Source: Nitrospirota bacterium (lineage in GTDB: Bacteria > Nitrospirota > UBA9217). From it: a DNA stretch of 64,000 nt. Location of the stretch: contig CAVUCU010000001.1 in assembly GCA_963740085.1 (NCBI GenBank), positions 1,376,001-1,440,000 of the forward strand, in the 5' to 3' direction. The first letter of the stretch is position 1, and the number at the start of each line of letters is the position of its first letter. The notes under the pieces are model-generated. The model searched no databases. It had not been told where the DNA came from and was given only the letters and a program-made list of their open reading frames with translations. Positions 1 to 9,225 of the stretch are shown here, in pieces. Position numbers and translations under genes: made by a program.

Positions 1-747
1 GCGGAATCCCTGCAGGAGATACGATGGGCGGCATCGCTCGACTTCGGGGATTCAGCTCTCGGGATGGAATGCATTTCTCTTGGCAACGCGGAGGAGTATC
101 CGATGAATGAAGGGAGGATCGTTTCGACGATGGGGCTCGATGCATCGGTCGAGGAATTTCTCGGATTGATCCACGAACACCAGGTCGACTATTCAACGGC
201 GCTCCATTCGGGGATCAAGAGGGAAGGCACCGTGAGTCCCTACCTTGTCGGCCCCCTATCGAGGCTCAATCTGAACCACGAGAGGCTTCCCGGCGCAATA
301 CGAAGCACGATGCAGGAAGCCGGCATCGTTCCGCCGATCCGGAATATCCGGATGTCGATCATCGCACGGATGATCGAGATTTCCTACGCCTTCCATGAGG
401 CGATGCGGATCATCAGGGCCTATGACGAGCCGGACAGGCCCTGCGAAGACTTTGAGCCTTCTGGTGGTGCAGCGACATGGGCTACGGAGGCGCCCCGGGG
501 GATTCTGATCCACCGGTATGAGCTCGACGACAGAGGACATGTGAAGGGCGCGCTGATCATTTCACCAACGTCACAGAACCTGGCTCATATGGAGAAAATG
601 GTCCGTGATTTTGCCGGGACGCATATCGGGAGCAGGCCAGATCACTTAAGGAAAGAGGCCGAAAATATCATTAGGAGCTATGACCCCTGCATCTCGTGCT
701 CGGTACACATGATAACCATCGACAGGGGGAAGTCAAGTCAGGATTGA
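1..747 (+). CDS. NiFe hydrogenase large subunit, C-terminal part (group 3b/sulfhydrogenase alpha-like); 5' end outside window
   Basis: Frame is open from base 1. Contains GPLSR, EAPRGILIH, PTSQN and the C-terminal Ni-binding motif RSYDPCISCSVH, followed by a 12-aa cleavable tail. Confidence 0.9.
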   Translation, partial: AESLQEIRWAASLDFGDSALGMECISLGNAEEYPMNEGRIVSTMGLDASVEEFLGLIHEHQVDYSTALHSGIKREGTVSPYLVGPLSRLNLNHERLPGAIRSTMQEAGIVPPIRNIRMSIIARMIEISYAFHEAMRIIRAYDEPDRPCEDFEPSGGAATWATEAPRGILIHRYELDDRGHVKGALIISPTSQNLAHMEKMVRDFAGTHIGSRPDHLRKEAENIIRSYDPCISCSVHMITIDRGKSSQD

Positions 748-790
748 AATCAATACTATTTTACTAAACGTTATTTTGGGAGGGTCCAAG

Positions 791-1048
791 ATGAAGCTCA
801 ACGTAAAGGCTTTTGCGCTGACGTGCGGACTGATATTTGGGTTCGGCCTTTTCTTCCTAACCTGGTGGATAATTGTATTTGATGGTGCAACAGGAGAAGC
901 AACCTTCATCGGGCGCGTTTACCGCGGCTATACGGTAAGCCCCGGCGGCAGCGTCATCGGTTTCTGCTGGGCTTTTCTTGATTGGCTGGCCGGCGGCGCA
1001 ATATTTGCGTGGCTTTATAATGTCATTGCCGGCCGCATGCCTAAATGA
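791..1048 (+). CDS. Small membrane protein of unknown function (family often labelled holin-like)
   Basis: GGAGG SD before ATG 791; hydrophobic helices flanking GRVYRGY; WLYN near the C-terminus. Confidence 0.65.
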   Translation: MKLNVKAFALTCGLIFGFGLFFLTWWIIVFDGATGEATFIGRVYRGYTVSPGGSVIGFCWAFLDWLAGGAIFAWLYNVIAGRMPK

Positions 1049-1095
1049 AAGGGGCATAAAATACTCACTGCATTTTTTGATGCGCGGAGAAAAAT

Positions 1096-3699
1096 ATGAG
1101 CCCACGAACAGATGATTATGCCCGGCAATCGATTGAAGACACCCTCAAGGCGCTGCATGCGGACGCTGAACGCGGCCTGAGCGCAGCCGAGTCGGCTAAG
1201 CGCCTCGCGCAGTATGGCTACAACGAGATCAGGGAAAAGGAAGAGCCGCTCTGGCACCGCGTTTTCCGCCGATTCTGGGGGCCGATCCCGTGGATGATCG
1301 AGACGGCGGCCGTGCTCTCGGCAGTGGTCCGGAAGTGGGAGGACTTTATCATCATCGCCATCATGCTGCTCGTGAATGCCGGACTGGATTTCTTCCAGGA
1401 ACATCGCGCACTGAACGCGCTCCGGGCCTTGAAGCAGCGCATGACCGCCGAAATCATCGTAATGCGCGACGGCGAGTTCAAGACGATCCCCTCACGGGAG
1501 CTCGTACCCGGCGACCTCATCAAGCTGCGGATCGGCAACATCGTGCCTGCCGATGTGAAGTTGATCAAGGGCGACTACGTGCTCATCGACCAGTCATCGC
1601 TTACCGGCGAGTCCCTGCCGGTGAGCAAGGGGCCCAAGGATGTCGCCTATGCCAGCACCATTGTCAAGCAGGGAGAGATGCTGGCGGTGGTGGTGAATAC
1701 GGGTGCAGAAACGAATTTCCATACCGTCGTGGCATTGGTGGCGAAGGCCTCTCTGGAGGAGCGCAGCCACTTTCAGAAGATGGTAATCAAGATCGGGGAT
1801 TTTCTGATCATGATCACCGTTGTGCTGGTGGTTTTGATCATCATGGTTGCCCTCTTCCGCCACGAGCATTTCCTCGAGATCGCGCGTTTTGCCCTCGTTT
1901 TGACCGTGGCGTCCATTCCCGTGGCGATGCCGGCAGTGCTGTCGGTGACCATGGCAGTCGGTGCGATGAACCTGGCACGCCGCCAGGCCATCGTCTCGCG
2001 GCTGACGGCCATTGAGGAACTGGCAGGCGTGGACGTATTCTGCTCGGACAAGACCGGCACGCTCACGAAAAATGAGATGCAGGTGGCCGAGCCGGTCGTG
2101 CTGAAGGGACAGAGCGAGCGCGACCTGTTCCTGGTGGCGGCCCTTGCGTCCAGGTTTGAAAACCGCGACCCCATCGAACTGCCCGTTTTTCAATATATCG
2201 ACACGCACTTCCCGGATGTGGACAGGAAAACCTACAAACAGCTCGTCTTTACGCCTTTTGATCCCATTCGCAAGCGTACCGAAGCGGAGATCGAAAGAAA
2301 CGGGGAACGTTTTGTGGCTGTGAAAGGCGCGGCGCAGGTCCTGCTCGGGATGACCCAGCTTTCTGACGACGAGGTGCATTCCATTAATCAAACGGTGGAC
2401 GAACTGGCCGGCAAAGGGTATCGGACCCTGGCCGTGGGCCGCAAACAAGGCGATGCGCCTCTGGACCTGCTGGGCCTGATTCCGCTTTACGATCCTCCGC
2501 GCGACGATTCCAAACAGGTCATCAAAGATATGCAGGACCACGGCGTCGACGTGAAGATGGTCACGGGAGACAACATGGCCATCGCACGCGAGATCGGCGG
2601 CCTCCTGGGGCTTAAGCAGCGCACCATGCGCTCCGCGCAGCTCTCCGGCACCGCCGGCAGCGAACTGCTGGCGCTGGTCTCGGTTCTTTCAGCGTCCATC
2701 TACCAGCGGCTTAAACCGGAGGTAACGCACAGGGAGGCGGGCCGCTTCGCCGATGAGGTGATGAAGTCGGTGGAAGCCGTGTACGACACCCGCATGCTGG
2801 AGCGGGAGTTCATCCACACCCATGAGTCCGCAATCATCGAAATGATCGAATCCGTGGAAATCTTCGCCGAGGTCGTGCCGGAAGACAAGTACCGTATCGT
2901 GGATACGCTCCAGAAGGGCGGACACATCGTGGCCATGACCGGCGACGGCGTCAATGACGCCCCGGCGCTAAAAAAGGCCGACTGCGGCATTGCCGTGTCC
3001 AACGCCACGGACGCGGCACGGGCGGCGGCGGACATCATTCTTACCGCTCCGGGCCTCATGGTGATCAACGAGGCGGTAAAGCAGGCGCGCATTACCTTCG
3101 AGCGAATGAAAAGCTACTCCATCTTTCGCATTGCCGAGACCATCCGCATAATCCTGTTTATGACGCTCTCCATCGTGGTGTTCAACTTCTATCCCATCAC
3201 GGCTCTGATGATCATCCTGTTGGCCCTGCTGAACGACATCCCCATACTGGCCATCGCCTACGACAACACAAAGGTGGATGTGAAACCCGTGCGCTGGAAC
3301 ATGCCGGAGATGCTTACGGTCTCCAGCGTGCTCGGGGTGGCCGGAGTACTTGCCTCGTTTCTCCTGTTTTTCCTGCTCAAGGAATACGATTTTTCCGAAG
3401 ACATGATCAGGACCATGTTGTTCCTCAAGCTGATCGTAGCCGGCCACAGCACCCTCTATATCACGCGCACCGAGGGCTGGTTCTGGCAGCGGCCCTTCCC
3501 TGCGCCGCTGCTCTTCGGCGCGACCTTCGGTACCGAGATCATCGGGACCCTGATCGCCGTGTACGGATTCCTGGTCGCGCCCGTCGGATGGAAATACGCG
3601 CTCTTGATGTGGGCCTATGCACTGGTGTGGTTCGTGTTCAATGACGTGGTCAAGATGTTAGCCTACAGGTTGCTGCGGCGGAGGGAGGTACTTGTTTAG
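1096..3699 (+). CDS. Plasma-membrane proton-efflux P-type ATPase (type IIIA)
   Basis: FWGPIPWMIE, TGES, DKTGTLT phosphorylation site, FDP..KRT, TGDGVNDAPALKKAD, and LLNDIP proton-acceptor Asp in TM6. Confidence 0.92.
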   Translation: MSPRTDDYARQSIEDTLKALHADAERGLSAAESAKRLAQYGYNEIREKEEPLWHRVFRRFWGPIPWMIETAAVLSAVVRKWEDFIIIAIMLLVNAGLDFFQEHRALNALRALKQRMTAEIIVMRDGEFKTIPSRELVPGDLIKLRIGNIVPADVKLIKGDYVLIDQSSLTGESLPVSKGPKDVAYASTIVKQGEMLAVVVNTGAETNFHTVVALVAKASLEERSHFQKMVIKIGDFLIMITVVLVVLIIMVALFRHEHFLEIARFALVLTVASIPVAMPAVLSVTMAVGAMNLARRQAIVSRLTAIEELAGVDVFCSDKTGTLTKNEMQVAEPVVLKGQSERDLFLVAALASRFENRDPIELPVFQYIDTHFPDVDRKTYKQLVFTPFDPIRKRTEAEIERNGERFVAVKGAAQVLLGMTQLSDDEVHSINQTVDELAGKGYRTLAVGRKQGDAPLDLLGLIPLYDPPRDDSKQVIKDMQDHGVDVKMVTGDNMAIAREIGGLLGLKQRTMRSAQLSGTAGSELLALVSVLSASIYQRLKPEVTHREAGRFADEVMKSVEAVYDTRMLEREFIHTHESAIIEMIESVEIFAEVVPEDKYRIVDTLQKGGHIVAMTGDGVNDAPALKKADCGIAVSNATDAARAAADIILTAPGLMVINEAVKQARITFERMKSYSIFRIAETIRIILFMTLSIVVFNFYPITALMIILLALLNDIPILAIAYDNTKVDVKPVRWNMPEMLTVSSVLGVAGVLASFLLFFLLKEYDFSEDMIRTMLFLKLIVAGHSTLYITRTEGWFWQRPFPAPLLFGATFGTEIIGTLIAVYGFLVAPVGWKYALLMWAYALVWFVFNDVVKMLAYRLLRRREVLV

Positions 3700-4298
3700 C
3701 CGTGAACTGCGCGTTCGCTCTATTTCGATGCCTTTTCTGTGGGTCACTTAATTGCGTGTATCGCTTTTTATTCTTCATGAACAATCTGTTTCCTGAATGT
3801 TATCTAAGTTGGCGCTTGTCCCAGGTGTGCATTGATTTTTTTTGGGCAGCTCATCACTCGGCCACGCAGCATGCCGGGAAGATGTGCAGTACCTCCACCC
3901 TGATCTGCAGGACTCTCTCGCGTCAGAGCTACCCGGCGCAGGGGAACGGCAGAACTCTTTGCCTTTCCAGAAACCCCTGCATCCCATGAACAGGTTCGCG
4001 CACAAGCATGCCAGAGTAGAAAAAACCGAAGTTGCAACAAAGCCAGACAGACACACCGTGCTCTTGCGATAACGCGGGTGCAGGCGGCCAATCTAAGGGA
4101 AGTGCTGCGATGCTCGAAAGGCTTGTTGTCAGTACCGGCAATCATGCCCTGCGCGGAGCTGTGAACTGGGGTGCAGAAAAAAACAGGATCGTGACACGTG
4201 CTGCATCAGAAACAGATAAAAGCGACCCACATAAAACAGGGAAGACCCTTTATATTATAGAGAAGAGAAAAAAGCATGTCGCGGCCATCGGTGACGCG

Positions 4299-4427
4299 AT
4301 GCGCATCTTGACGATCAACAGCAGATCATCCAACAGCACGTTGCCGCTGTACCGCATGTTCCTGGACAACGACGAGCTCACTGTCACTCCGGGATGGGAG
4401 ACAGAGATCTTTCTTGTTCTCCGGTGA
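4299..4427 (+). pseudogene. Possible degraded 5' fragment of an acetate kinase gene
   Basis: MRILTINSRSSNSTLPLYRM resembles the ASKHA/AckA N-terminal motif M-x-IL-x-IN-x-GSSS-x-K-x-x-LY; the frame ends after about 42 codons. Confidence 0.4.
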
Positions 4428-4444
4428 CGCCCTTCCGACAGACG

Positions 4445-5719
4445 TCATCCTTTACCAAAAACGTCCCGCATTTTTCGCATGAGCCGGTTCGGTTCCATAA
4501 GATACTTGACGCTCGATCCCTGGACCAGGATAGAGAACACCACCACGATATAGGTCATGGCGATAATGGTGTCACGTTCGGGTCCGCGAGGCAGGGAGAG
4601 CGCGAGCGCCACGGAGATACCTCCCCGCAGGCCGCCCCAGGTCATGATGGTCAGCGCTTGAGCGCCGAATGTCTTCCTTGACGGCAACAGAAGCAACGGC
4701 ACGCCGATCGATAATAAACGCGCGGTCAGGGCCGTAACGATCATGAGAAGCCCGGCAAAGATGTATGCACCGGAAAGGGAGACCACAAGAACCTCGAGTC
4801 CGATCAGGACGAAGAGAAGGGAATTCAGGATCTGGTCCACCAGTTCCCAGAAGGTGTCGAGGTTATGCCGGGTTTGTTCGGACATGGCAAGCCGGCGTCC
4901 GTGATTACCAATGAGGAGCCCGGCCACGACCATGGTGATGGGACCGGAGGTGTGAAGCGCGTTGGCGAGGGCGTATCCGCCGGTCACGAGTGACAGGGTT
5001 ATGAGTATCTCCACATGGTAATTATCGATGCTCTTAAGAAGGAGAAAGGAGATCCAGCCGAGGATAAGCCCGAGAATGATCCCGCCGCCGAATTCCTGGA
5101 AAAAGAGCAGAGCGGTTGCTCCCGCGGAAGTACCGTGTCCATTTGTGACCTCCTGCATCAAAACAAGGAACAGCACCACGCCGACGCCGTCATTGAACAG
5201 CGATTCGCCGGAAATAATAACCTCGAGATCTTTTGGGACCCCGGACGACCTCAGGATGCCGAGCACGGCAATGGGATCAGTGGGAGAGATCAGGGCGCCG
5301 AAGAGCATGCAGTGAAGAACATCCAGGTTCAAGCCGAGCCACTGACTCGCTCCAAACGTTATGGTCCCGATCAATACCGTGGAAAGAACGGTGCCTATGG
5401 TCGAAAGAAGAGAAACCTCCCATTTTTGGCGAAGCAGTTCGGTGAGGTTGACGTGAAGCGCCCCCGCGAACAGCAGGAAGCCGAGCATGCCCACAAGCAC
5501 AGTCTCGTTGAAATCGATGCTCTGGATCAGTGACAGCCAATGCTCCTTGATGTCAAATCCCAGTCCTCCGAAATGCCCCAGGACCACGATGCCGACGGAA
5601 ACGACCATGGAAATAAGCATGGTCCCGATCGTTGTAGGCAGCTTTATGTAACGGTGGTTCAGATAGCCGAAAGCGGCCGACAGGGTCAGCAGTACGGCGA
5701 TGATGTGAAACAATTTCAC
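4445..5719 (-). CDS. nhaP: CPA1/NhaP-type Na+(K+)/H+ antiporter
   Basis: ISPTDPIAV, GESLFNDG and WGGLRGG motifs; many TM helices; GTG start with AGGAGG SD. Confidence 0.9.
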   Translation of the reverse strand: MKLFHIIAVLLTLSAAFGYLNHRYIKLPTTIGTMLISMVVSVGIVVLGHFGGLGFDIKEHWLSLIQSIDFNETVLVGMLGFLLFAGALHVNLTELLRQKWEVSLLSTIGTVLSTVLIGTITFGASQWLGLNLDVLHCMLFGALISPTDPIAVLGILRSSGVPKDLEVIISGESLFNDGVGVVLFLVLMQEVTNGHGTSAGATALLFFQEFGGGIILGLILGWISFLLLKSIDNYHVEILITLSLVTGGYALANALHTSGPITMVVAGLLIGNHGRRLAMSEQTRHNLDTFWELVDQILNSLLFVLIGLEVLVVSLSGAYIFAGLLMIVTALTARLLSIGVPLLLLPSRKTFGAQALTIMTWGGLRGGISVALALSLPRGPERDTIIAMTYIVVVFSILVQGSSVKYLMEPNRLMRKMRDVFGKG

Positions 5720-5791
5720 GGCTCCTCCTGTTTTACAAAAAAGGAGATTTGTTCCCTGTGAAAGTGCGGCCGGGCAACGATGATAGTGTCA

Positions 5792-5800
5792 ATTATACCA
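5792..5800 (-). promoter_or_regulatory. Extended -10 promoter element for nhaP
   Basis: Minus strand reads TGGTATAAT about 70 nt upstream of the GTG start. Confidence 0.55.
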
Positions 5801-5943
5801 GAAGACCGGGAACAGGGCGCGGCCACGTCTACCTGTGCCCGGAGTCGCTGGAGATTGCCGGGATAGATCGTAACCGGTATTATGACGTGACGGATTAAAG
5901 CAGTCGGCCGGTCTTTTCTCCGCCCTCACCTGAATAGCAGGGT

Positions 5944-6996
5944 TTATGATTGCCGGTCGACTTCTTCATAAACAAGGCGGGTGATATCTCGGATAACTTT
6001 TTTCAACTGTTCATCACTGTTTCCCCGCGCCATAACTCCGAGGAGGAACGGTCGGTTCGGATGATAAATGATCCCGAATTCGTGCACCTGGATAAGCTCT
6101 GTTTCTTCATCGGATGAAGTTGCCGGGATTATCCTCTCTCCATACTTGCTTGCGATGCTGATGTTCGGTGGAATACCGGAAGCCATTCCCTCTCGAAAGG
6201 AGGACTTGGAAAGATAGCGGAGCGCCTTCTCTGACATTTCCTCGGAGAGATAGGACGCATTGAACAGGACGCGATAGAACGCGGCAAAGGAATTCAAGGA
6301 CAGGGCATCCTCCTGCTTGTGCGGATCATACTCTACATACAGGTCCCTGAATATCTTCTCAAGGCGGCCTGCGGGCAGGTTCGCATATAATATCGCGTAC
6401 GCTGCGGCATCATCGTGGGCGATCATCCGGTAGATAAGGTCATTGACGGTTGCGGTTTGCCCTGACTCAGGCTTTTTCACCGGCCCATCATGCCCCTCCC
6501 CGTCCTCTTCGTTCGTGCGGGTATAGGTCAGGGTCTTTCGCAGAACCAGCGGGTTCGTTTCCGCCCATTTGAAATAGGCGATCATAAGCGGTATCTTGAG
6601 CAGGTTCTTCGGCGAAAACTTTTCATGCTCATTGATGCCGAACCAGTTTCCGTTGTTCAGATCGCGAAAGTATACCGAAACAGCAACTGCATCCCCCTGT
6701 TTCAGCGTGTCTGCAATCAGGGTGTTCACTTTATACTGGAACGGCTTCAACTCGCTGCTCGCCGGCAGGCCTTGAGCCTCTTTCGTGTCCTTCGATTCGC
6801 GTATGAACGCGAAGGTTTCTTCCCTGCCCTCGGACGCACGTTCGCCCTTAACCGTGGAAAGCGGGGTGAACAGCCCCATGCCGGCACCGATGAATATCCC
6901 CAGCGCGAAGGACCCGGTAATGAGGGTCAGCAGGAGGGGCCTGGCAATCGACACCATTTTTCTCTCTTTTTTTTCAGTCATACCGATGTGCACCAT
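5944..6996 (-). CDS. Membrane-anchored class A beta-lactamase-fold (serine hydrolase-like) protein with degenerate active site
   Basis: N-terminal TM helix; VSVYFRDLNNG, LFNASYL, HEFGIIY and RPFLLGVM fit the family. The SxxK position reads NLLK and the SDN position reads DDA. Confidence 0.75.
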   Translation of the reverse strand: MVHIGMTEKKERKMVSIARPLLLTLITGSFALGIFIGAGMGLFTPLSTVKGERASEGREETFAFIRESKDTKEAQGLPASSELKPFQYKVNTLIADTLKQGDAVAVSVYFRDLNNGNWFGINEHEKFSPKNLLKIPLMIAYFKWAETNPLVLRKTLTYTRTNEEDGEGHDGPVKKPESGQTATVNDLIYRMIAHDDAAAYAILYANLPAGRLEKIFRDLYVEYDPHKQEDALSLNSFAAFYRVLFNASYLSEEMSEKALRYLSKSSFREGMASGIPPNISIASKYGERIIPATSSDEETELIQVHEFGIIYHPNRPFLLGVMARGNSDEQLKKVIRDITRLVYEEVDRQS

Positions 6997-7011
6997 GATT
7001 ACTGCATTTGA

Positions 7012-7521
7012 TCATGTTCCCGCCTGTTTCGATCTCTTCGATGGCTTGTTCACTTCCGGGGAAAGGATGAGCTGAGGAGGTATCCCCTGCGCACCGAGGA
7101 GCTCAACAAGCTGATCCAGGCCCTCCGCGATATTTTTGAGCCGTTTTAGCGGCAGCTCTTTAAGACCGGCGACCAGAAGTCCCTGCGCCACTTCGGGTGC
7201 TTTCATCATCAGGGCCTCTCCCCGGGCGGTCATCTCTACGCGCACCACGCGACGGTCTTCTTTTGAGCGCACCCGGGTGACAAGATCCTGTTTTTCCAGG
7301 CGATCAAGTATGCCCACCACGGTAGCGGGATGCAGATACATCTGCCGCGCGATCTCCGAGACCATGATCGGCGCACCCTGCGAGATGATCTTGATCGCCC
7401 AGAGCTGCGGACCGGTGAGCCCCGTCTCCCGCTCGGCTTTCTTCGACTGCCCGTTCACGACCTGGAAAACCCGCCGCAGATTATCGACGATCTCTGATAC
7501 CGTATCCGGATTGATGGACAT
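7012..7521 (-). CDS. MarR family transcriptional regulator
   Basis: GLTGPQLWA, HPATVVGILDRLE wHTH and DRR wing; AAGGAG SD. Confidence 0.92.
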   Translation of the reverse strand: MSINPDTVSEIVDNLRRVFQVVNGQSKKAERETGLTGPQLWAIKIISQGAPIMVSEIARQMYLHPATVVGILDRLEKQDLVTRVRSKEDRRVVRVEMTARGEALMMKAPEVAQGLLVAGLKELPLKRLKNIAEGLDQLVELLGAQGIPPQLILSPEVNKPSKRSKQAGT

Positions 7522-7541
7522 CCTGTCTCCTTATAAACAGC

Positions 7542-7604
7542 TTGACAAATAAACGCGTTCATGGTAAACAGTTTGTATTCAAATGATTTTAACACAAACG
7601 ATTT
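7542..7604 (+). promoter_or_regulatory. Sigma70-like promoter toward pal, overlapped by four 15-bp-periodic AAA-N3-TTT units (candidate MarR operators)
   Basis: TTGACA(7542)-N17-TAAACA with upstream TG. AAA triplets at 7551, 7566, 7581 and 7596 are each followed after 3 nt by TTT (GTT in the first unit). Confidence 0.5.
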
Positions 7605-7790
7605 AGGCGGGCAAGCGAAATCAGCCAGGAGTATTTTATTCTCTTTCATCGTCATTGAGCACCTCGCCGCCTTCACGCTCTGCGACGGCGAATCTGTTTC
7701 AGCGGCGAGCATCACGAGTACGCGGCAGCCCATTCACATCACCTCACTTGAAACACCGGGGAACGACCAAATTTAAAAGGAGGATTTTTT

Positions 7791-8354
7791 ATGCGGAAAC
7801 ATCTTCAACTGTATCTCTTGGCAATAACAGCACTGGCGTTGCTGGTACTTTGGGGGTGCCCAAAGAAGACGCAAATGACAACCTCGCAGGAAACGCAGAC
7901 GGAAAAAGTGACCGCCCCCGCGACGCCGTCGGCTGAGGCGAACGATATGGACAATAGGTCTGCGCCGGGGACTGGCGGCAGCAATGAACGGTACGGGGAG
8001 CAGGCGCTTGCTGCGGGCGGCGGCCTGAAGCCAGTTTATTTCGATTATGACAGATCATCCTTACGGGCCGATGCCGGAGCGACCATGAAAGCGAATGCTG
8101 AATGGTTGAAGGCACACCCTGCGGAGAAGATCAGGATCGAGGGAAACTGTGACGACCGGGGGACAAAAGAATACAACGTGGCGCTTGGCCAGCGGCGAGC
8201 CGCGGCAGCGAAGAAGTATCTCACGGACCTGGGCATTGCTCCCAGGAGAATATCCCTTTTGAGCTATGGCAAAGAAAAACCAGTCTGCACGAATGACGGC
8301 GAGGCGTGTTGGCAAAAGAACAGAAGAGATGATTTTGTTGTTGCAGGCCCGTAA
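7791..8354 (+). CDS. pal: Peptidoglycan-associated lipoprotein Pal (OmpA-like domain)
   Basis: Lipobox LWGC; VYFDYD, IEGNCDDRGTKEYNVALGQRRA, SYGKEKP and KNRR; AGGAGG SD. Confidence 0.9.
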   Translation: MRKHLQLYLLAITALALLVLWGCPKKTQMTTSQETQTEKVTAPATPSAEANDMDNRSAPGTGGSNERYGEQALAAGGGLKPVYFDYDRSSLRADAGATMKANAEWLKAHPAEKIRIEGNCDDRGTKEYNVALGQRRAAAAKKYLTDLGIAPRRISLLSYGKEKPVCTNDGEACWQKNRRDDFVVAGP

Positions 8355-8522
8355 TGGGGCAGTAAGAGAACAGGAACCCTCGTGACCAGGTTGTTGGCGC
8401 GATCGCGGCACGAGGGCTTCACGCGCATTAAAACGGCTCTGACCTGACACACCACACCGTATTGGTTTATTCTCAAGGTGCCGCATGCATTCAACGGCTT
8501 CCGGTACCTTCCTGTATTTCTA

Positions 8523-8531
8523 TGATATAAT
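8523..8531 (+). promoter_or_regulatory. Extended -10 promoter element
   Basis: TGATATAAT about 40 nt upstream of ATG 8573. Confidence 0.55.
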
Positions 8532-8572
8532 AGCAGCACGCACTTGGATCTCATTCCACGAGGAGGATACTG

Positions 8573-8947
8573 ATGGCTTATTTTGAAGGTATCAACTGGG
8601 AAACAATAAAGAAGGATCTCCAGAAGGGTCTGGGAAAAGGCATGGTTGCGGTAAAAAAAGGTGCGCTTGTTGCGCAAAAAAAGGTCGGCGAACTCGGGGA
8701 TGAGGGAAAACGGCAGTATAAGGTTTTTGCCCTCAAAACGAAGGTCCACCAGGGGTTCTCTGATCTTGGCGCCCGCGTGTATGCGCTCATGGGCACCCGG
8801 ACAAAAAACCCGTCACTTGACGCGAAAGTGAGGGACATCGTCTCACAACTGAAAAAGCTCGAGGCGCAGATCGGAGCCCTCGAATCAAGAAAAACAACCG
8901 TGGCAAGAAAAAAAACCGCGGCAAGAAAAAAAACCGTCAAACGATAA
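8573..8947 (+). CDS. Hypothetical helical/coiled-coil protein with basic ARKKT C-terminal repeats
   Basis: Strong AGGAGG SD, promoter upstream, amphipathic helices, Lys-rich tail. Confidence 0.7.
   Translation: MAYFEGINWETIKKDLQKGLGKGMVAVKKGALVAQKKVGELGDEGKRQYKVFALKTKVHQGFSDLGARVYALMGTRTKNPSLDAKVRDIVSQLKKLEAQIGALESRKTTVARKKTAARKKTVKR
8886..8937 (+). repeat. 18-bp tandem repeat (about 3 copies) encoding ARKKT(A/V)
   Basis: CAAGAAAAA(C/A)AACCG(T/C)GG-like units start at 8886, 8904 and 8922. Confidence 0.75.
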
Positions 8948-9225
8948 ATCCGCCGCTCTTTGCATCAATGACCATACCGTTTCATAGCGCGGGCGCAGGC
9001 GTCACGACGCACGACCGGGGCGCCTGCCCCTTTTGCTGCGTTGTCCGATTTTACTGTGGCTCGCGGTGGCCGAGGACCGGTGCCTGTCTCGAACATTCGC
9101 CTGATCACTGCTGCACCATCGACCGTATTATTACCAGACCATACCCAATTCATACATAAGGCGCTGGCCCTGGCGACCGTTTTTTCTGGTTGTTGGCGAC
9201 CACCCGGGACAAGAGAGGAGGCTGC

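Noticed and set aside
685-711. NiFeSe hydrogenase
   Set aside because: The C-terminal motif is DPCISC with TGC codons, so Cys rather than Sec.
791-1048. Holin implying a prophage
   Set aside because: No phage structural, lysin or integrase genes nearby; the context is metabolic.
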